DNA from: Octopus vulgaris
Taxonomy: Eukaryota
Assembly: GCA_951406725.2 (NCBI GenBank)
Contig: OX597822.1
Span: 71,300,001-71,364,000, forward strand
DNA length: 64,000 bases
Direction: 5' to 3'
In this document: positions 51,389 through 64,000 of the stretch, piece after piece
Numbering within the stretch: the stretch's first letter is position 1
Layout: every line of letters starts with the position of its first letter
Translations under genes and position numbers: made by a program
Notes under the pieces: model-generated
Databases searched by the model: none
What the model was told of the DNA's origin: nothing
What the model saw: the letters and a program-made list of their open reading frames with translations, nothing else

Positions 51389-52838
51389 CAAAGTATACTG
51401 TTGCCGTTTCCTTTTAATTTTCCAAGGACATTGTTGATCCATCAACTAACTTCAGTTGAGTGGCACTCCTTTTCTGAGGTCTGCATTGTTCCTTAAATCC
51501 AGCACAGAATATCCCCATGTTAGCTTGATTGCTTTATTTTCATACTTATCCATTGTCATTTTGCAAAGAATAATGCTGCTGTCTTCCCTTGGCATTATTA
51601 TATTCAGTACAGCTTAAGAAAACGCTAGAAATCTGGAGATATTTCTGGTGAGATTAGGTGTGTTGCTCTTGTGAGACCAAAGTGGTATTCTTGTGGGCAA
51701 ATCGAGAAGATATAGTGTTGTGAGGAGATATATTGATACAGGTGATCAAGTTAATTAGAACCAAATAGTTGCAGGTGTTAAATCCAAAAGAATACATCTT
51801 ACTTTGCAGTCAAACAATCTAATAACTAAACTATCTGATGAATGATGTTTACAATAACTGGTGATATATTGTCTTGGAACACACTGCATAAATATACCCA
51901 TCTATCAACACACACACACACACACAGATATTCATATTAATTCTTCTTGCTATCAACCACCTTGCTACTATCTATTGCTCTCCTCTCTTCATTGCACTCA
52001 CTTATCTATAAACCAGTACCTAACACACATGCACACACACACACACACACATGCACACACGCACAATGACTCAACCCCCCACACACATATGCGTATGAAC
52101 ACACACACACACAAACACACTCTCTCTCTCACTTCCTCCCCTATTATCTTCTTTTTGATCTCCCCCCATCTCCTTTCACTCTGGCCCTTTTCTATTACTT
52201 CCCCTTTCATCTCCTCCTTGCCCCCTGATTAATCTGGTTTCCTACCATCAGGTCCTCTTTACCTTACTGTTTATGTAATTATGGATGCAACGCACAGCTG
52301 TATGGCTGATGTGATTCAAAACGTTTCTTCTACGTACCCAGTTGGTCTGGAAAGAAGGCAATAAGCAAACAGTTATAATACAGGGAAGAGGAGACTCTCC
52401 TTGAATTGTATCAAAGGGGAGATAACCTCTCTGATGCAGTGTGTGAATGAATGGAAACAGTGTAGGAGTTAGGGCCTTTTTAGTCTTCCTATGGTTCCAG
52501 TGGAAGACAACGTCTCTAGTAATGATGGCCTCATAAAATGAACCCAGCACACTCTGTTTGCGAGGACAGTTATGTTGAATAAGAACTGACTTGGATTCAA
52601 ATGCCACCTCTAACTTTTGCTCCTTATCTATATTTTTCTTTCTTTTATTTATTTCAGTCATTTGACTGTGGCCATGCTAGAGCACCGCCTTTAGTCGAGC
52701 AAATCGACTTATTCTTTGTAAGCCTAGTACTTATTCTATCGGTCTCTCTTGCTGAACTACTAACAGCCTGAGAAAGTGGACATGAAATGAAGATGGTGAC
52801 AACGATTATGATGAGGATGACAACGACAAAGGTGATGA

Positions 52839-52879
<41 letters not shown>

Positions 52880-52884
<5 letters not shown>

Positions 52885-52985
52885 GGAATATTATTCCAAA
52901 CTTACAGGGAAAAATTCAATATAGAAAAACTAAATCAAATTTCACAAAATATAATATATATATATATAAATTAGAAAATTATTTT
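52880..52985 (-). mobile_element. Terminal fragment of the same PLE family as 4176-5320, in (TA)n
   Basis: attccaaacttacagggaaaaattcaat...aaatcaaatttcaca is the reverse complement of about 5265-5320. Confidence 0.8.
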
Positions 52986-53104
52986 GCACATTACTTAATC
53001 ATCATTATATTTTTTATCTGATATTTAATCTTTCTATATGTAATTTTCTAGATGGCATAATTTAATTTTTCATTATTGAATTGATGAAAGGTGTTTTTTT
53101 TCTA

Positions 53105-53145
<41 letters not shown>

Positions 53146-53148
<3 letters not shown>

Positions 53149-53395
53149 TTAGCCAGGTGTCCTATCTTTGTCCAGAGATTAGCTCGCAAAGGGTTTTGAT
53201 TTTCCTTTGTGCTGCATTGCAATGTATACATCAAGCTCTTGTTTCAGTCCATTCTTTAATGTTGTCAGTCCACAAACATCATTCACAACCCCTTGCTCTT
53301 ATCCCTACAAGACTTCCTGTCAGGAAGGTCTCGGGCAGTGACTTATGATGCATTGAATGCCCAAAATATAACTTTGTGAACTTGATCCTTCATGA
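53146..53395 (-). mobile_element. RTE LINE 3' remnant
   Basis: KLYFGHSMHHKSLPETFLTGSLVGIRARG...WTDNIKEWT. Confidence 0.7.
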
Positions 53396-53511
53396 TAAGC
53401 GTCTTACAACTTATTCTTAGTACTTATTCTATCGGTCTCTCTTGCCGAACCGCTAAGTGACGGGGACATAAACACACCAGCGATGCTGGGGGGACAAACA
53501 TAAACACACAA

Positions 53512-53552
<41 letters not shown>

Positions 53553-53819
53553 CGATGGGCTTCTTTCAGTTTCTGTCTTACCAAATCCACTCACAAGGCT
53601 TTGGTCAGCCTGAGGCTATAGTAGAAGACACTTGCTCAAGGTGCCACACAGTGGGACTGAACCCGGAACCATATAGTTGGTAAGCAAGCTACTTACCACA
53701 CAGCCACTCTCGCGCCTGGCTACTTACCACACAACCACTCCTGTACATTGTCTGAGCTTTTGCCCAATAGAGAACAACTAATGGTTTACTAGCCTCTCTT
53801 ATGAATATCATTCTTTGAC

Positions 53820-54120
53820 TAGATCAGGAATGAGATCCTATGGTGCACTGGCCTGCCTCCTACAATAGAAATCCTCATTGATAGAAATTTATGTCAATTG
53901 GGACACGTACACAAGATGGACAATAGCAGATTCCTCAGACAACTCATTTTCTCCAAGCAAAGAGGAAAGAAACCACGGAAGACCTAGACCGAGATTCAAA
54001 GATACTGCAAAAAGAACATGGAGTGGAATAGAATTGATCAAAATAAATGGCAAACTTATGTATGGCGGAAGCTTATCAAGTCATGCCAAAGCCATGAACA
54101 TTCATAGTTGGGATGATTGA
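53820..54120 (+). mobile_element. RTE LINE 3' remnant
   Basis: LGHVHKMDNSRFLRQLIFS...RNHGRPRPRFKDTAKR (frameshifted). Confidence 0.7.
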
Positions 54121-54599
54121 CCACAGATAATACCTTCAGTTTCTGATGCAGTATATTTCTTTTTAGGTGAAGGTCATTTTTATTCTCATAAATGTTGGGC
54201 TTCACGGACGCGAGGTAGCTGAGTTCCTTTCAAGCATTGGGCATCATGGAGGCAAAGTGGCCGAGTTCCTTTCAAGTGTTGGGCCTCACAGAGGCAATGA
54301 CCAAGACCTTTGGCATTATGTCATGCTTGGGAAGAAGACCCATCAAACCGAGCAAAATCACAGTCATGACAGATACTGGTGTCACACAAATGGCACCCGT
54401 GCTGGTGGCACGTAAAAGCACCCATTACACTCTCAGAGTGGTTGGTGTTAGGAAGGGTGTCCAACCATACAAAACCAAGCCAAATCAGACAGGAGTCTGG
54501 TGCAGCCTTCCAGCATGCCAGCCTAGTCAAATCGTCCAACCCATGCCAGCATGGACAACAGATATAACAATGATGATGATGATGATGTTTCTTAGAGTA

Positions 54600-54930
54600 A
54601 CTTCTTCTTCACATCACCTTTCCTGATTTACTATTTGTCCAAAGTACTTGAAGATATTTCACTTCAAGTTTCCGGCCATCTGCCTTCACACATATTTGCT
54701 TCCTTCTGTTCTGTCTCCCTAATAACCATTGCCTTTGTCTTTTCTCACTTCAATATTCGCAGCTTTCCTCTCACTTTTTCCCCTTTACACACTCAACTGT
54801 TTCTTGAGTGTTTCTTGAGTGTGTCTGCTGATAATGCTGTGTCATCAGCATTGCTTATATTGTTTATATTCCTTTCATTGATTGTGAATCCTTTGATCTT
54901 ATTTCACTATCCGAATATATATTTAGAATA
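54600..54930 (-). mobile_element. RTE-type RT core remnant
   Basis: [22 protein letters not shown] (YADD box), EKTKAMVI, FKYFG. Confidence 0.7.
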
Positions 54931-54943
54931 GATATCATATATA

Positions 54944-54947
<4 letters not shown>

Positions 54948-55011
<64 letters not shown>

Positions 55012-55066
55012 TGTATGTATGTATGTATGTATTTATGTATGTATTTATGTATGTATGTATGCCTAT

Positions 55067-55100
<34 letters not shown>

Positions 55101-55101
55101 G

Positions 55102-55190
<89 letters not shown>

Positions 55191-55265
55191 GCCTATATAT
55201 ATGTGTGTATATATATGTATGTACGTATATATATGTATATAAATATATGTATATATATATATATG

Positions 55266-55297
<32 letters not shown>

Positions 55298-55365
55298 TAT
55301 ATGCATATATATGCATATGTATACACATACACATGTATATTCGCGTGCGCGCGTGTGTGTGTGTT
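54948..55365. repeat. Compound (TA)n/(TATG)n microsatellite
   Basis: Directly visible. Confidence 0.95.
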
Positions 55366-56296
55366 CATGTTGGGAAAATGATTGAAAATGCATTAAATTT
55401 TTTTGTTTTATACAAATGCTTTGAATAAAACGAGTTAAATGTTTTAACATATCAGGTAAATAGTTCTATTATATATCTGTATATATAAAAACCAAAAAAA
55501 TAGGAAATTATGTTTACACATTACAAATACTTTCATATAACAGTTTTACAGTAGAAATATTTGTGTATGTTTTCACAAGCTGTGTTTTACACACACAGAA
55601 AAAAGGTTAAAAGAAAAAAAATGAGAAGAGAGTCGCATATTACTGAAAAGTTTTCTTACAGAAAAAAAGTTTCCATATAATAAAAAAAATATTCATATCA
55701 AAAAGTTTTACTGAATAAATTTTTACACATGTAGCAAAACGAGGTTGTTGCAGTAGACTCACAAATCACTATTGTTCAGATTGCAATGTTCAAAATATGT
55801 TCTTCAATACATTTTTAGAACAAGTGGTGGTAGAAATATTTGTGGATTAATTCTATGTAGCCATTTTGCTAACATTATTCCCAATACAAGGAATGCAAGT
55901 TACACGTTGTATGTCTTAAGCAGCTTATGTTCATTTGACAGGGGTATACGCCGCTTAATATTTTCAGAACAAAAGGGTTTTTTTAAGAGAGGAAAGGATA
56001 TTTAATTAAAATATCAGATAAAGCCATAAAAACATAAGGTAAGAGATTTCTGTTTCCATAAAAAAAAATGTGTTTGCTGTTCCTAGAAAGTGTCACCTCA
56101 GTATTTTTTTCTTTTGATGTTGTTATTGATGTCGTTATTGTAACTCTTATTGGTGTTGGTGTAATTACTCCTGTTTTATCAACCAAAATCCAGTGTAATC
56201 ACACAAAAAAGCTTATCTTAAGTATTCAATTTTAATTGCTTCAATCAACAAATATATCTAAAAGTGTATGTGCACAAACACATACACACACACAAA

Positions 56297-56680
56297 CAAA
56301 TTAGCATAAACATATTACACACACACCCACATACACCCCACACACCCACACACACACATACATGCACACACACCCAAATACACACACATACAGAAAAATA
56401 AATTAGTGTAAACATATTACACACACACACAGAGTAAAATAAATTAGCGTAAACATATTACACACACACATACACGCACACATACACACACACATACCCA
56501 GAGAAAAATAAATTAACGTAAACATATTACACGCACACACATACCCAGAGAAAAATAAATTAGCGTAAACATATTACACACACACACACACACACACACA
56601 TCCAGAGAAAAATAAATTAGCGTAAACATATTACACACACATACACACGCACACACAAATTAGCATGAATATATTAACAA
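56297..56680. repeat. Compound minisatellite: about 7 copies of aaattagcgtaaacatatta separated by variable (CA)n
   Basis: Directly visible. Confidence 0.9.
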
Positions 56681-57230
56681 ATATATTTGAGTCTGTTTTC
56701 AGTGAGAGCAGCTGCTGGTATTCATTACACCATTGTTAGCACTTTGCAGACATTTGAATTCCTGTCACCAACTTGAAGAACATACAGTCAGTGTTGTGAC
56801 CTTATCAATATTTAAATATGTCTGTGCATATGTATTATGGACTCTCCCATTATTAGACGATGTATAAGGGTGCAGCAATTTCTTGCCGATCAACGACACA
56901 CTTGATTTGTTTATAGTGATCAGATGTTTGTGTATCACTAATAAAAAATAACAGATGCAATAAAAAAAAATTGAACACACAATACAGTGAAAGAAGTATA
57001 AAAATATGACTGTTAACAAATATGGGTGTATAAACATCCTAGCATAGGTTGCATGGCACATGTAGACTCATTCATACAAACTTCCATGAAGATGTAAGCA
57101 TATGCACATGCGTGGTTTGGTGCAAATACGTTCACATAGCAAATTAAATAGCTACTTGGTGTTTATAAGAATGGAGAAATTAGAGCTAAATTTAATTCAT
57201 CCATACCTTAAGGGGAATTATGATAGTTAA

Positions 57231-57720
57231 TTAGGTTAATAGTGACTGAAATTCATTCCCACTGCATTGTATGGAAGAGCATTTATATGTATGTATACAT
57301 CATGAGAATCTTTCAGAAATTCTGTTAATGATCTTCTCATTGATCCACAGAAAAGACAGAGATTCCTCGGAGCAGAGTTGGCATCTGGAATTGATATCAT
57401 ATAGTTTTGGATACTTTAATATGGACCAAGTTATGTTATACTTGATTTTATCTTCCTTAAGTCACCACACAAAATTGACCAAAGATGTTGAATGTTTCTT
57501 GTTGATTTTCTTGAAGCTGGTGACATGGCTGCGATAACAATTCTTGAATGAATCAACAGTTGCCCCAGTGTAAACATATGGTCCTCCCCTTGTATGTACA
57601 GTACATTTATATACAAGATTTGTATTTGTACAGAGGTTCATCAATGGACACCTTGATTTTTCTCTGCATGAGCATTTATTATATTTAGTTGTATATACGG
57701 CAGTTTTGACTTTCTGATGC
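57231..57720 (-). pseudogene. Penelope-like (Naiad-type) Zn-knuckle plus GIY-YIG endonuclease remnant
   Basis: CSCREKSRCPLMNLC (CxCx5Cx5C) - LVY...YTGAT..SFKNCY.SH..SF...STSL..FVW*LK...YNITWSI...CQLC..E...IINR.SE..*CIH in one frame. Confidence 0.85.
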
Positions 57721-59911
57721 TATTACTGTGTTAGCTATATCACCATTATCGCAGCTACAACTTCAGATGCTCCTGAACCAGTTGTTAAGTACCCCACCCA
57801 TGGGGGATCGATCCTAGATGGGTCAAAGCAATTGTCATGATAAATAAAATTTTTGCATCTTCCATCTCTCTCATTAACCAAATATATATATGTCCCAGAT
57901 GCGATGTCTTCATCCCACAAGTTACTTGGCAACTCTTCTGGTGTTGGTGCCACATAAAAAGCACCAGTGCTGGTGCCACATACAAAGCACCCAGCACACT
58001 CTCTAAAGTGATTAGCATTAGAAAGGGTATCCAGCCATAGAAACAATATCAAAGCAGACAATGCATCATGCTGCAGTTCCCCAGCATGCCAGCTCCTCTC
58101 AAACCGTCCAACCCATGCCAGCACAGAATATGGACGTTAAGCATACACATATATGTATATCATCATCAACATTAACATTTTAGAATCCAATTTTCCATGT
58201 TTGCAGGGGTCAGGCAGAATTTATTGAGATTGATTTTTTACAGCCAGATGCCTTTCTAGTTGCCAACCTTCACTTGTTTCAAAACAAGGCAATATTCCCC
58301 CCCCCATTTGCTAATGAATAACTTAGTATTTATAAACTCACCATCGACAGGCTTCAAGACATAAAGGTATACGCGGCCACTCCTTCAGAACATCATCATC
58401 ATCGTTTAACGTCCCTTTTCCATGCTGGCATAGGTTGGATGTTTTGACTGGGGACCAGCAAGCCAGTAGGCTGCACCAGGCTCCAATCTGATCTGGCAAG
58501 TTTTTTCTACAGTTGAGTGCTTTTCACATGCCACCAGCACTGGAGCCAGTCAGGTGACACTGGCAGCAACCACGTTCACAAGGTGCTTTTTACATGCCAC
58601 TGGCATGGGACCAGTCAGGCGGTACTGGCATCGGACTATACTCGTATAGTGCTTTTTATATGCTACTGGCACAGAGATCCAGTCGGGCAGGACTGGCACT
58701 GACCCAAGCTTGAATGGTGCTTATTACATGCCACCAGCATGGGTGCCAGTCACTTTCTTAAAAACGGTTCTGTTTTATCAAATATCCTAAGTAATTAGTT
58801 CCTTTCTGAAATAAAAGTCGTTTCTCATTATTTTTTTGGTCATATTTTTTTTACTGATTATAATTGCATTAGAAGAACTTTCTGGAACCCTTACTATATT
58901 TGACCTATGTAATCAGGCTTCTGTAATGGGTTGGTAGCTGCTGACATAAAGGAAACTAAATGAAACCATGGTATCATAATCTCCTCTCTGACACCAGGCA
59001 GTCTTGTGCTATTTCATTTGTTTCTATAGTATAAGACAGCAACTTCAGATACATATAGGTTTCATACATAATGATACTATTATTGAAAGGTGACATTAAT
59101 GAATATAAAATATATATGTGTATATTATCACTAATAAGATATTTCATGTAATATGAGAAATGATCATGCATTAAATAAGCCATTCACTGATAACCTAAAA
59201 AGTCAAGGATTGTTGGCCATATTAAATTATATTCTTGTCATGTACTGATACAGTCAGTCGTGACCTAGACAAACATTTAATTGCTTCATGAATTTTTGGT
59301 GCAGCACAACTGCATAATGCACCCACATTGAATGTATGGCCATCTAAAAGTATACTGTTGTTTACCACACACACACACAGTTAATTCGTATAATTGAATA
59401 AAATTAACGGACAGCAAGAAGATGTGCACGAGAAATGTATTATCTTGACACTTGATAAAAAGAGAGAGTGCGACATTTTGAGCATAGCTCTTTGTTGGAA
59501 AGAAGAAAGGGAAAAGTCTAAAGAAGGAAAAGAAGTCACCAACAGCACATAAGTAGTTACATTGCAGAAGTATGTATATATATATATATATATATATTTA
59601 TATGAAGAGCTTCTTTCAGTTTCTATATACCAAATCCACTCACAATGCTTTGTTCAGTCTGAGGATGTAGTAGACACTTGGACACTTGTCTAAGATGCTA
59701 CACAATGACAATGGGACAGAACCCACAACCATGAGGTTGGGAAGCAAATTTCTTACCACACAGCCATGCCTGCACCTGAAGATTTCCCAAATCAATCACA
59801 GCATTATAGTAACATCAATGGCTCCAACCAATCAATAACTACTTAATAACTTTTCAGAAACTTACCATCTGAGTTTCCTATTTTACTATTTAAGAAAAGT
59901 ATCAGCCAATA

Positions 59912-60433
59912 AATATTCTTTTCTACTCTAGGCACAAGGCCTGAAATTTTGGGAAAGGGGGCCAGTCAATTAGATCAAACCCAGTATGCAACTGGTACTT
60001 AATTTAGTGACCCCGAAAGGATAAAATGCAAAGTTGACCTCGGCTGAATTTGAACTCAGAATGTAAAGACAAACAAAATACCGCTTAACATTTTGCCCGG
60101 CATGCTAACATTTCTTCCAGCTTGCCGCCTTAACAATTATACAATGTTAATGGAAGATTTTTTATGTCTTTCCATGTCTTTTGTACAAGGAAAGTAACTC
60201 TGTAGGACTCGAGTCTTTTCTACTCTAGGCACAAGGCCTGAAATTTTTTTTGGTGGGGTGGACAGTTGATTAGATCGATCCCAGTATGCAACTGGTACTT
60301 AATTTAGCGACCCCGAAATGATAAAATGTAAAGTTGACCTCGGCAGAATTTGAACTCAGAACATAATGACAGACGGAATACCGCTAAGCATTTTACTTGG
60401 CGTGCTAACATTTTTGCCAGCTTGCCACCTTGC
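59912..60433 (-). mobile_element. SINE family B dimer with a non-SINE spacer of about 80 bp, inside one TSD
   Basis: atcagccaata at 59901-59911 and 60434-60444. Confidence 0.8.
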
Positions 60434-60491
60434 ATCAGCCAATAGATTATGAGACAGCTGCCTGGCCTCTGCCACTATTAATGGACTGCCA

Positions 60492-61145
60492 AAGGCGGTG
60501 AGCAGGCAGAAATGTTAAGCATGCCGGGCGAAATGCTTAGCAGTATTTCGTCTGTTTTTATGTTCTGAGTTCAAATTCTGTCAAGGTCAACTTTGCCTTT
60601 CATCCTTTTGGGGTCAATAAATTAAGTACCAGTTACGCACTTGGGTCGATGTAATCAACTTAATCCCTTTGTCTGTCCTTGCTTGCCCCTTTATGTTTAG
60701 CCCCTTGTGGGCAGTAAAGAAATAAGAAACATTAGCACATCAGATGAAATGCTTAGTGGCATTTCGTCTACCATTATGTTCTGTGTTCAAATTCTGCCAA
60801 GGTCGACTTTGCCTTTCATCCTTTCAGGGTCGATTAAATAAGTACCTGTTATGCACTGGGGTCGATGTAATCAACTTAATCCCTTTGTCTTTCCTTGTTT
60901 GGCCCCTCTATGTTTAGCCCATTGTGGGCAGTTAAGAAATAAGAATCATTAGCACACCAGGTGAAATGCTTAGGGGTATTTCGTCTGCTGTTAGGTTTTG
61001 AGTTTGAATTCCACTGAGGTCAACTTTGCCTTTCATGTTTTCAGAGTCAATAAAATTAGTACCAGTTACATACTGGGGTCGATGTAATTGATTTAATCTA
61101 TCCCCCAAAAAATTTGAGGTCTCATGCTTCCTATAGAAAGGATCA
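60492..61145 (+). mobile_element. SINE family B trimer
   Basis: Three cores; aatggactg.ca flanks at 60480 and 61146. Confidence 0.8.
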
Positions 61146-61571
61146 ATGGACTGTCATGTCACTTTCAGTATATGTTATCTTTTATTTGTTTTAGTCATTG
61201 GACAACGACCATACTGGAGCACCAGTGTCATAAGAATTTAGGTAAACAGATTGACCCCAGTACATTTTCCTTTTTTTTTTGTTTTTGCTCTTTTGAAGTC
61301 TGGCACTTATTTTATCAATATCTTTTGCTGAAGCACTAGATTTATAGGGGATGTAAACAAACCGACACCAGTTGTTGAGCAGGGGATGGGAGACAAACAC
61401 AAACACACACACACTCGCAGACTGCAGCCATGCTTGGGCACCAACTTGAATTTAGTGAACCAATTAACCCCAGTACTCACACTCACACACACGTATACAT
61501 AACAGATTTTCACACAGTTTCTCTTGACCAAATTTCCTCACACAACATTGACCATCCCAAAGCTAGAATGA

Positions 61572-62122
61572 AAGACACTTGCCGAAGCTGCTGCACTGTA
61601 GGACTGAACATTTATTTCCTTTCCAACAGTGTATATAGAATTTAATGTTAAAGAATTCTCTTTCTTCTATAAATCAATTCAGATCAAAATACTCCAAATA
61701 TGGTCCAATTTTTCAGTTTGGATGTTTTATTTATCTTATTTGTCTTTAAAATCTTTATAAGAGGTGATTAAAGTGTCGTCCTTCATTTTAAATATGGAAA
61801 TTGAGACTCTGACTCTTGGAGAGTCAGGATGAAAAAATTCCCTGCAGAGAGACTATTTGAACACCCTGTGTATGTATGTGTATATATATATATATAAGAA
61901 ATTAAAAAAGGAAAATACGCACACTTACATTGTCATAGTATAATTTTTAATGCATTGACCGGTTTCGCAATCGCTATTCATGATAAAATGTTTAATTTAT
62001 ATGAAAATATATTTTTTCTTAAGAAGAAATATGGTCCATGTTGTTTGTAATGAAATTCTATATACACTGTTGGAAAGGAAATAAATGTTCAGTCCTACAG
62101 TGCAGCAGCTTCGGCAAGAGTC

Positions 62123-62124
<2 letters not shown>
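61572..62124. repeat. 72-bp local inverted duplication (61572-61643 / 62053-62124)
   Basis: 71/72 identity by eye. Confidence 0.9.
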
Positions 62125-62170
<46 letters not shown>

Positions 62171-62203
62171 ATGTATATATATACGTATATATATATATGT
62201 GTG

Positions 62204-62268
<65 letters not shown>

Positions 62269-62414
62269 ATATCATCATCATCACCATCATCATCGTTTAA
62301 CGTCCGCTTTCCATGCTAGCATGGGTTGGACGGTTCAACTGGGGTCTGGCAAGCTCGAAGGCTGCACCAGGCCAGTCATATATATATATATATAATAAAT
62401 ATATATATCAGTGG

Positions 62415-63160
62415 CATACAGTGATTTCTGGGGTTGGACATGCAATGAATTTCTTTGCTCCCCACTCCCCCGGGCAATTTTTCAGTAAAAAAATTTTAGG
62501 ATTCCTACGATTTACATATGGGAGATTCTGAATATGCAATCACCCCCGAATGAACTAGAATAAAAAAAAAAACGTTGCCCTTTTCAAGCCTAGCCAGGCT
62601 CATAGGCCTGGTTTCCCGGTTTCTGTGGCATATGTGTTCCCCACCAGCTGGACGGGATGCCGGTCCATTGCACGTGAGCTTCAAGATGCAGGAGAAAAGA
62701 GTGAGAGAAAGTTGTGGTGAAAGAGTCAGCAGAAGTTCGCCATTACCTTCTGCCTGAGCCGCGTGGAGGTTAGGTGTTTCACTCATAAACACACATCACC
62801 TGGCCTGAGATTCGAACCCACAATCCCTCGGTCACGAGTCTGCTGCCCTAAGCACTGGGCCATTGTGCCTCCATATGACCTAGAATAAGCAGGGAATAAA
62901 AAATGGCTCTGTAAAGATGAGCCTGAAATAAGTGTATTGTTTGTATTTTTCTTTCTCTTTGAAACGTTGGTATTTTCCCATCCTCACCCTCCCTTAAAAA
63001 AGTCTAAAAATCATAAGTGAAATGTAATAAAGATGAAATTGGATTCTGCTAATATTTTTGCATATTCAGAATCTCTGTTAAAGGTAGGAATCTGAAAAAA
63101 AATTTTTCACAAAAATTCGTTTATCAAAGAGGTGTGATTCTGCATTAGCCCCTATACCTA
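62415..63160. mobile_element. Non-autonomous DNA transposon with subterminal inverted repeats, host of a SINE
   Basis: gattcctac...gagattctgaatatgcaa vs ttgcatattcagaatctc...gtaggaatc. Confidence 0.5.
62570..62875 (-). mobile_element. tRNA(Arg-like)-derived SINE (OR-like) with TSD
   Basis: A and B boxes on the minus strand; TSD tgaactagaataa 62551-62563 / tgacctagaataa 62876-62888. Confidence 0.85.
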
Positions 63161-63656
63161 CTTAATTTGAAATGATTTAATTTTTTTGGATAAAAAAATT
63201 CAAACTTACTGCCAGGCTGTTCCAACATTTCAGCTGGTTAACTCAAGAATTATGGGACTGCTTTTGTTCCTGTCAAAAACTTTATGGGTCAAAAAGTAGA
63301 ACCAGGTTAGCAACAATTCTACACTAACAAAGAGACAGAGAGGGAGGTCATTCTGGTATTCTCAAAGCATGACATGCCACAATGAATATATCAAGTCACT
63401 AAGAGAGAGAGGAAGGGGGTACAAAATATTTCAATGCTACTTGTATGATGGTGGTGCTTGTTTATAATCATCATGATATTTTGATAAGGGTACATGCATG
63501 AGTGCACACACACACACACACACACACACAAGCACAACCACATACACACAGACACACATAGAGATAGATAGATAGAGAGACAGACAGACAGGCTAACATA
63601 CAGACAAACAGACAAACAGAGTAATATACCAATAGATAAATAGATATGCATAGATA

Positions 63657-64000
63657 GGCGTAGAAGTGGCTGTATTGTAAGTAGCTTGCTTACCCACCAC
63701 ATGGTTCCGGGTTCAATCTCACTGCATGGCACCTTGGGCAAGTGTCTTCTACTATAGCCTAGGGCTGACCAAAGCCTTGTGAGTGGATGTGGTAGATGGA
63801 AACTGAAAGAAGCCTGTCGTATATATGTATATATGTGTGTGTGTGTGTGTGTGTGTTTGTCCCCCCAACATCACTTGACAACAGATGCTGGTGTATTTAC
63901 GTCCCCATAACTTTGCGGTTCAGCAAAAGAGACCAATAGAATAAGTACTAGGCTTACAAAGAATAAGTCCTGGGTTCGATTTGCTTGACTAAAGGTGGTG
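63657..64000 (+). mobile_element. SINE family A, running off the window
   Basis: Matches 10069-10475. Confidence 0.9.

Noticed and set aside
56297-56680. Repeat-spacer array resembling CRISPR
   Set aside because: Spacers are only (CA)n microsatellite
57231-57720. In-frame TGA codons as selenocysteine, as reported for some Naiad elements
   Set aside because: Both TGAs fall at non-cysteine positions (W*LK, S*CIH) while the conserved Cys codons are intact; CGA-to-TGA decay is simpler, and no SECIS was recognised

Overview
AT-rich, repeat-dense eukaryotic DNA with no convincing host protein-coding exon. It is most likely intronic or intergenic sequence from an octopus or other coleoid cephalopod, inferred from the SINE repertoire. 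Almost all ORF-track entries are microsatellite or SINE artefacts. The real coding remnants are all transposon-derived: a young 5'-truncated CR1/L2-type RT, several RTE fragments, an RLE (R4/Dong/NeSL-type) C-terminus, mariner/Tc1 and hAT transposases, and two Penelope-like (PLE, Naiad-type) GIY-YIG fragments. The most interesting signal is a set of small PLE-type insertions. They include two intact-looking minimal hammerhead ribozymes (1934-2013 minus, 5009-5122 plus), one hammerhead fold with a G3-C8 core swap, several decayed hammerheads, and many one-ended fold-back insertions that sit in (TA)n or between 12-14 bp TSDs. A tRNA-headed SINE shares its tail with one of these fold-back insertions. 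A (TAA)n-inserted element ends in 33 copies of its own terminus, with junctions that look like telomerase-like iterative re-priming. Boundaries of decayed repeats are approximate, and not every SINE or microsatellite copy is listed.
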